Source: the human T2T-CHM13v2.0 reference genome, Homo sapiens
Assembly: GCF_009914755.1 (NCBI RefSeq)
Contig: NC_060934.1
Reading direction: 5' to 3' (one strand)
Length of the DNA: 64,000 bases
The translations under genes and the position numbers were made by a program. Below, in pieces: positions 57,208 to 64,000 of this stretch (the stretch's first letter is position 1; each line of letters begins with the position of its first letter). The notes below the pieces were generated by a model, which was not told the origin of the DNA, did not search any database, and saw nothing but the letters and a program-made list of their open reading frames with translations.

Positions 57208-58353
57208 CTATATTGGAGGGAAAATATTTACACGTGTGATTAAGTGACTCGAAAAACAAAATCAACAAAAAATTACTTAAAAGCTTAACAGAGAAGAAAA
57301 ACCATCTCTTAGTAAAGAATAACTCAAAATCTCAGCGCTAGGCACCTATTCCCAAACTTCAGCATGCATTGCATCAACTACATGAATAACTTAACCATCG
57401 TTTTATGCTCTTTTAAGTCTCAATTTTAAAGGACGGGTAAGGGATAGGAAATTGACAAGGACAAAGAAAACATTGGTAAATTAATAAATTTTTGTTAATT
57501 GTAATGCCTGGTTTTCAATAATTCCTTTAAACTATCACCAGATATATAGTATGTGTTGCCTTTTCTTTATTTTTAGAAAATCAAGTGACACTGTTTGGCT
57601 AACTATATGAATGAAAGTGACTATAAAAGTACTAGAATTCCTGCTTTGCCTTGGGTATTCAATTCTATTCACATCAAAAATTAAATATAGAGTAGAAATC
57701 AGGGGTTAGAGCAAGATCTAAATGACATAGCTATCTATTGTTTAACATAACTGCATAACTGTCAGAGAAAATTTGAAATGTCAAATCAAGCCATCATTCG
57801 TACCCCAACTATTCATTTTTTTGCCTTTAATTATGAACTTGCAATCTAAGTTAAAAGCCAACTATGCTTGCCATGTAAACTATTCATTTTACATTATATA
57901 AAATGTCAAAGAAAATTTTAAAGATACTTGAAAATTTATTTTAAGACATCTATGATGCCCTGTAAAAAACCTTTCTACTGTTCTATATATAATTCTTTAA
58001 ATCTACCTTTAAAAAATTATAACAATGTATTTCATGAAACAAACCTCCTTTTGTCTCAGCACTTTAGTGCAATCCAAATAACTGTATTTGTAAACCCAGA
58101 AATAATATAAAAGCATTCTTACTAATAAAAAGCTTATTTAAATGAATCTAGGACAGACTAATTAAGATATATTAAAAAGTTTTCTTTTCATAAATGACTA
58201 ATTGTATTTAAAAGTAGCATAGCATTTTTTTGGTTTGCCAAATTCTCAGCTTTAAAATTTACATTACACAGTACAATGAACCTCTACAGTTCACAGTGGT
58301 TCACTTTTGGGACAAAACCACATAAATGGGATGAACTAAAAAGTGAGTAATAC

Positions 58354-58446
58354 CAGAGAGCATATGGAGACTTCTAGACTGAATATTGTCTTCCAGGGGA
58401 TCAAGGTCGAAGATGGAGCCAGGATCTGTGCGCCAAACTTTGAGGT
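58354..58446 (-). CDS. NEBL: NEBL coding exon (approx. exon 25): (D)LKVWRTDPGSIFDLDPLEDNIQSRSLHMLS
   Basis: 93 nt, phase 1-1, acceptor GCAAAAG|, donor G|GTATTA; VWRTxPGSIFD motif typical of the nebulin/nebulette linker. Confidence 0.93.
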
Positions 58447-59379
58447 CTTTTGCCAAAAGGAAGAAATCAACACTCATCAAGAAGGAATTTAAAAAAGGAA
58501 AAAAAAAAAAAAAAGCCAGTACCCAAAAGAGTCAAGACAAAGTCTGCAAAGGAATAGATATAAGAAGCAAACATGTAACAGACAAACTCACAGTGCTGCT
58601 GACTTCAGAAGAGAATGAAAAAATACTTGCTTTCACAAGTATCTGTTAAGAAATCTTTGTAATCAGATTGAAGTTGCCTGCTCTATTCATTGAGCTGCCC
58701 TATCAGACCTTGCTGAAGTACCTGTGACCCATCACACAACACAGGAGCACATGGGGCAGCTATATGCATCCCCTCACAGCACCCCTGAATCCCCAGTCAC
58801 TCTTGCTCTCCACAGGCTGAAACAAGCAAAATGTTTGATTATAGTTTCTGATTCAGGACATGTGAGTAATTCATAGGAAACAATTGAGAAGTTTATGTTT
58901 AAAAAACAAAACAAACAAAAAAAAAGTCCCTTTCTATAACAGAAATGAATATTTAAAATGTGGAATGGTGGCAAGCCTAGTTTTCATTCTGAGTCTGTGA
59001 GTGCAAGCTAAGTGTATCTTAGGGAATGCATATCTTATTAGATACACTTATTTAAAAAGTGTTATAAGCAAGGCACACAGCAAGGAAATATGATGAATGA
59101 AAAGAGAAATAATATCAGCTTCCTGCTGTCAATGGATCCCTGCCATAGTCAGTGATCAGACTGTGCAAACCACTTTATTCTCCTCTTATTTTAATAACTT
59201 CTGAATTCACCAGTCTCTCCAACAAAAGGGCATCAGATCCTAAAATAAGCTGTTTACAGCTGTACCAACAACTGGAAAAGAAAAACCTAGTTATAGACAT
59301 ACGGCAGAAATGGGGCTACAGCAAAAACAATTAATTTGTAAAATGGAACTGGAAATTTGCTTGTCTGTTTTTAATTAAT

Positions 59380-59542
59380 ATTATGTAGTGCTGACCATAT
59401 GCCAGGCACTCTTCTCATTTAACACCTAATTAATTTAAGTTTCATACATATTATCCTCATTTTGTAGATGAGGAAACTGAGGCACAGAGAAATTGAGTAG
59501 CTTGGCCAAGGTTACACAGCTCGTAAGAAGTAGCAGAGCCTC
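59380..59542. mobile_element. MIR
   Basis: Core attttgtagatgaggaaactgaggcacagaga..ccaaggttacacagct. Confidence 0.88.
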
Positions 59543-60870
59543 CAACAAAAATAGAAGCAGCACAAATTGGCTTAATCTGAATTACTCAGAAAATCTCTAA
59601 ACGTGTATTTTCATGCCTGATACAGAAGCTGGCTCATTGGAAAGTTTAATGTTGGCCAATTATGGAAATTTCAATGGAAAACAGTTCTTCCCAATAAGAA
59701 CAAATAAACTGACTTCTGGATTGCCAAGTAAGTAAATAACTTAGAGTCATACATCTTATATTTTATAAAACAATCATAATTTCAACCTCAATGGTTTTGA
59801 GTACTGAATTCTGAGAGCCCACGGTCTAGACAGTTTCATGGTTTTTAGCAACGACCTCACCATCATTCCTGACCTCTGATGTGTGCAGGGCCTGGAAGTA
59901 AGCTGTACAGACTTTAGCAGTTCCACCCTAAGTGAGATAAATCAGAACCCCTGCACTATCCCTTAAGATAGTTCCATCCCTTTAGCACAAAGCAATGAAA
60001 CTCTAATTTGGTGTCACATTGAATGAAAACATCACAACTCATCCATCCAACTTAATGTGATCCTTTTAAGTAATCAACTCAGGCAGATCAGCAAAGCTAT
60101 CAATTGCCTACAAACATGTTTGGAATCCTTCTTCAGAAAATACTTCCAGAGTCACTTTAGTATAATCATCCAAGTTACTTAGTGCTGCTCTGACTTTAGC
60201 ACCCTGGTTTTGTAAAGACATTACCCTGTCAAATTTAGCTTATCTCTAAATGGCCTTTCACTAGTACCAAAAAATAAGCTCCTACTTTTGAAGATGAAGA
60301 AAACCTAACACTGATATTACTGAGTGGCATATACCAAAAATATTCTTTAAGCTACGTAACTACATAATTCAGAGGTTAACTGCTCTGAAGGAGACAATAG
60401 TCTTCAGTTGTTGATACAGACTGAAAAATCAATAATCATCCTTCCTAGCCCTGCCTTATACTTCAGTATGATCTTTTCTGATATCTCAGCCACCATTCAA
60501 CAAATATCCTTCTAGGATTTCTCCTGACTATAAGGAACAGATAGCAGGAATAAAAGTTTGCTCTCTTAATTGCAAGACTTTCAGATGGCTCTCAACTATT
60601 CCAGTCCAGAAATAATATTTTTAAAATGAGCTATTACTATTATGGAGTACCATCAGAACGCCCATGGCGTGTCTGTTTTTGATAAAAGGACCTAAACGCA
60701 ATATGGTTATTTCTGCCACTTATGCACATGAGGTCAACAGAACAACACGTCAACCAAGCAGAAAAACAATTATTTTGTTTTTCTTTTTAAAGAAAAACAA
60801 AGTAATTGTTCAACCATTGTGATCACTCATATCTCTGCTGCTTCTTTGCTTAACAAGGAGGAACATTCTT

Positions 60871-61052
60871 TTTTTTATTATTATTATACTTGAAGTTCTA
60901 GGGTACATGTGCACAACATGCAGGTTTGTTACATACGTATACATGTGCCACGTTGGTGTGCTGCACCCTTAACTCGTCATTTACATTAGGTGTATCTCCT
61001 AATGCTATCCCTCCCCCCTCCCCCCACCTCACAACAGGCCCTGGTGTGTGAT
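60871..61052 (-). mobile_element. Severely 5'-truncated L1PA (PA4/5-like) 3' end
   Basis: ~180 bp L1 3' UTR + tail; perfect 18 bp TSD acaaggaggaacattctt at 60853-60870 and 61053-61070. Confidence 0.95.
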
Positions 61053-61316
61053 ACAAGGAGGAACATTCTTAAAATTAGCAAGGTATTAAAGACAGAGCTT
61101 CCAATAATAGAAAAGACTTGAGATGATACCAGGTGAATGCCAGAAATCCCATTCCACATCGTACAAAAATAATACTTTACCTGCGGTCCATTTTAAATTG
61201 GGTACCACAACCAACATGTGATGAGGAGTCAGATGACTCAAGAGGGTAATTCTGAAGCTAGAGCAAGCATGATCTTTTCGACCACACACACCGGCCGACA
61301 AACGCCGTCAGCTTAC

Positions 61317-61488
61317 CAACAATGATTCCAGGTCTCCTGTCCATCTCCACGATGTGAGGGTGGACCCCTTTATAGGCAGCATCGCTGACCACCTGGGTGT
61401 TCTTCCTCACTCTCTCTGTCACAGGATCGTCCACGACGGGAGTAAAGCCTCTCCCCTTTGTTTTTTCAAAATCTTCATGGTATTTTAC
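61317..61488 (-). CDS. NEBL: NEBL coding exon (approx. exon 24): VKYHEDFEKTKGRGFTPVVDDPVTERVRKNTQVVSDAAYKGVHPHIVEMDRRPGIIV
   Basis: 172 nt, acceptor CCTTTTTCAG|, donor G|GTAAGC, phase 0-1, SDxxYK nebulin motif (SDAAYK). Confidence 0.96.
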
Positions 61489-62004
61489 CTGAAAAAGGAA
61501 AAATCATCATACTGAATTTTGCGGATAGTTACCTCTTTCACAACATTTTTATTAAATGACAGGTGTACACTGCACTGGCTGCGTGCAGATTGTCTACATG
61601 TATGTATCTTTTCCAAATACTCCAAAACTAAAGTCTGGAACTTCAGTTTCTTAGCATCAGAAATCAAGTGCTGATATTTTCACAAAGTTTTTAATCATTA
61701 TAGCTCATATCTATTTTAAATTATATATAAAACTATATATATATTATTAATGAGAGCTTGTAAAAATACATATTCTCAAATCCTGGTTACTTCCTAAAAT
61801 ATACTAATTTAAATATAAATTAAATTTCCTATCTCTTCAACTTCAGTATGCAATAAAGTGATATCTATTTCCAGGCAATCATTCATGAAAATGGCATTAT
61901 TTAAAATCAGTTTGAAATTTTATAGGTAACAATATATACCACTTTTAATATAATTACAAAAACTTATACTTCAAAATATACTTTTTTTATGTCCTGAAAT
62001 TAGG

Positions 62005-62110
62005 TCCAGGAGATAGTTGTGTAACTGTAAATTATACTAGAAACCATTGAATTGAACACTTTAAATGGGCAAACTTTATGGTAGGTAAATTACATCTGAT
62101 AATATAATTT
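62005..62110 (+). mobile_element. L1MB/ME 3' end fragment
   Basis: ccattgaattgaacactttaaatgggcaaactttatggta..aattacatct. Confidence 0.7.
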
Positions 62111-62486
62111 TTAAAACACACATTTTTAAAAACACAGCTTTAAAAACACACTTCTTTTCATATCCTTTATGACAGGCAAACAGACCAAATTTTGTCTTAG
62201 AATTAATTGGAAAGAAGTCTACACAAATATCTTTCACACTATGAGTTTACAGTAGTCACGTTAGAAATAAAGACACACCAGAAAAAGTCACTGAGAAAAA
62301 TCATTTTATTAGACTAAATGTTTCCACTGCATTTCAGTGTGATTAGAAATGCCCCTCCCTCAAAAGACAAGCCAACCACATTTCCATGCTTTGTTAGTTA
62401 TCGGATTAATAGTGAAGTAATGCCATCCGTGCACTGGATCCGCCCATTCCTTAGCATGTTTTAAGAATGATCTGGTTGGACCCTAC

Positions 62487-62591
62487 CATTGAAATATGAT
62501 TTTGTGCTTCTTTAACATGTCTCATAGCAGGTGTATCTAAAATCAGACTTGGTCTACCTTTCATCTGTTTATGGTCCTGGGTATATTTTAC
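62487..62591 (-). CDS. NEBL: NEBL coding exon (approx. exon 23), one 35-aa nebulin repeat VKYTQDHKQMKGRPSLILDTPAMRHVKEAQNHISM
   Basis: 105 nt, acceptor TTGCAG|, donor ATG|GTAGGG, phase 0-0, nebulin-repeat pattern. Confidence 0.95.
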
Positions 62592-62859
62592 CTGCAAAGT
62601 AAATAGTAGGCATAAGACAATGATAAGAAAACACATGATGTAACATTTTTAAGCTTTACAAATGAGTGAAACATATGCAACATACTTGAAATTATTTTCC
62701 AGGTAACTATTTCAGTGAATTAAATTTTGTTCTAGAATAGCAACCTAAAATTTTACAATCAAAGATCTCCTCCACCGCCTACTGCTAAATGACCTAAATC
62801 TATCAACTCTAAACAAATGTGTGAATGACCAATAGTAACTATCTATCTAGTCTGTAAAC

Positions 62860-63189
62860 CTGCGCAAGCCCGAGGACTCGTATCTGTAATCACAGCACTT
62901 TGGAAAGCTAAGGTGGGAGGATGACTTGAGGCCTGGGATTTGAGACTAGGCTGGGCAGCACAGTGAAACCCCCCATCTCTACAGGTAAAAATTAAAAAAA
63001 AAAAAAAATTAGTTGGGCGTGTGCCTGTAGTCCCAGCTACTTGAGAGGTTAAGACAAGACAGCTGCTTGAGCCCAGGAGTTCAAAGCTGCAATGAGCTAT
63101 GATTGTGCTATTGCATTCCAGCCCGGGCAACAGAGACTGTGTCTCAAACACACACATACACACATACACACACACACACACACACACAA
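62860..63189 (+). mobile_element. AluJ with (CA)n tail
   Basis: Diverged Alu to ~63147, then CA repeat. Confidence 0.92.
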
Positions 63190-64000
63190 CTGGTTATCAT
63201 ATTTAAGTTAAACAGAGAAAATCCAAAACTATTAAATAGAACCCAAAGTTATTTTGTTTCTAAATTTCCCAATTTTCTACCATAAGAGTGTTAAAAAATG
63301 CATACAAGCTACTCTATTTCTTTTTATTTTTTTCTCTGCTTAGGGAATAAGAAACAATGAGGAACAAATTTAGTTGTTCTTCTAAGCAGCCACAACTTAA
63401 AGGTAATTTATGTTAAATACACACAGCATCTCTGGACAGAAATGTCACTAGGAAGCTGTAAATTGCAAAGCCTAAATGCTGATTCTCAGGCAAACAGCTA
63501 TTCAGGGTATGCTAAGAAAAGGGCCTGTGTTCTTCACAACTGCCCATCAGAACACCGCCATTTATGAAACTGATTAGGTGTAAGATATGGATACCACTTA
63601 CTGTGGACCTGAGGGCATTATGTACAATTCAGAATTGAAGCCCTGATATTCACTAAGAGGAAGCACAATATTCAGATAAGATACTCATGTACACCACTGG
63701 ACTTTGGTGAGCAACTGAATTCTACGTTAACTGTATTTAAGGATTCTTTTCTGTAAGTCTTTAGTGGGGGTAATGATCCATCTCCTATTTTGTTTTGCAG
63801 ACAGCATTTAACAATCCATGTTCAATGAAATATTTCAGGAAAATGACAATTATTTAACGCACACATCAAAGGCTTTACCACCTTCAAAGACACGGCTAAC
63901 ATATCATGAATCGTTGTTTAAATGAATATAATTTTAACCTAAGCTTTGAATGTAACTGTTGGTCACATCTGGAAATAACAAAGAGTTGCAAAATAATGTA

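Noticed and set aside
62105-62152. Three imperfect copies of tttaaaaacaca
   Set aside because: Low-complexity slippage at an L1 tail; not a CRISPR-like or functional array

Overview
Primate (almost certainly human) genomic DNA, AT-rich and repeat-rich. The right half (about 28515-64000) is the 3' end of NEBL (nebulette / LIM-nebulette = LASP2) on the minus strand. Six coding exons were reconstructed by hand with GT-AG boundaries and consistent phases. They encode the last nebulin repeats, the serine-rich linker and the C-terminal SH3 domain, followed by a ~5.8 kb 3' UTR with no recognisable transposons. The left half is downstream intergenic DNA. It holds a full-length young L1 (minus strand, ORF1 and ORF0 intact, ORF2 dead) nested in an old L1MA, plus many Alu, L1M, L2, CR1, MIR and LTR relics. 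The less obvious items are: (1) a 297 bp mitochondrial ND1 fragment (NUMT) inside an L2 in a NEBL intron, missed by the ORF track because it uses the mitochondrial code; (2) an 18 bp 3' transduction on the full-length L1 with a readable mechanism; (3) a candidate 90 nt poison exon in the long NEBL intron; (4) the splice logic that separates nebulette from LASP2. I found no evidence for a wholly new multi-gene system. Nearly all short ORFs in the track are repeat-derived noise. Exon numbers and repeat subfamily names come from recall and are approximate.
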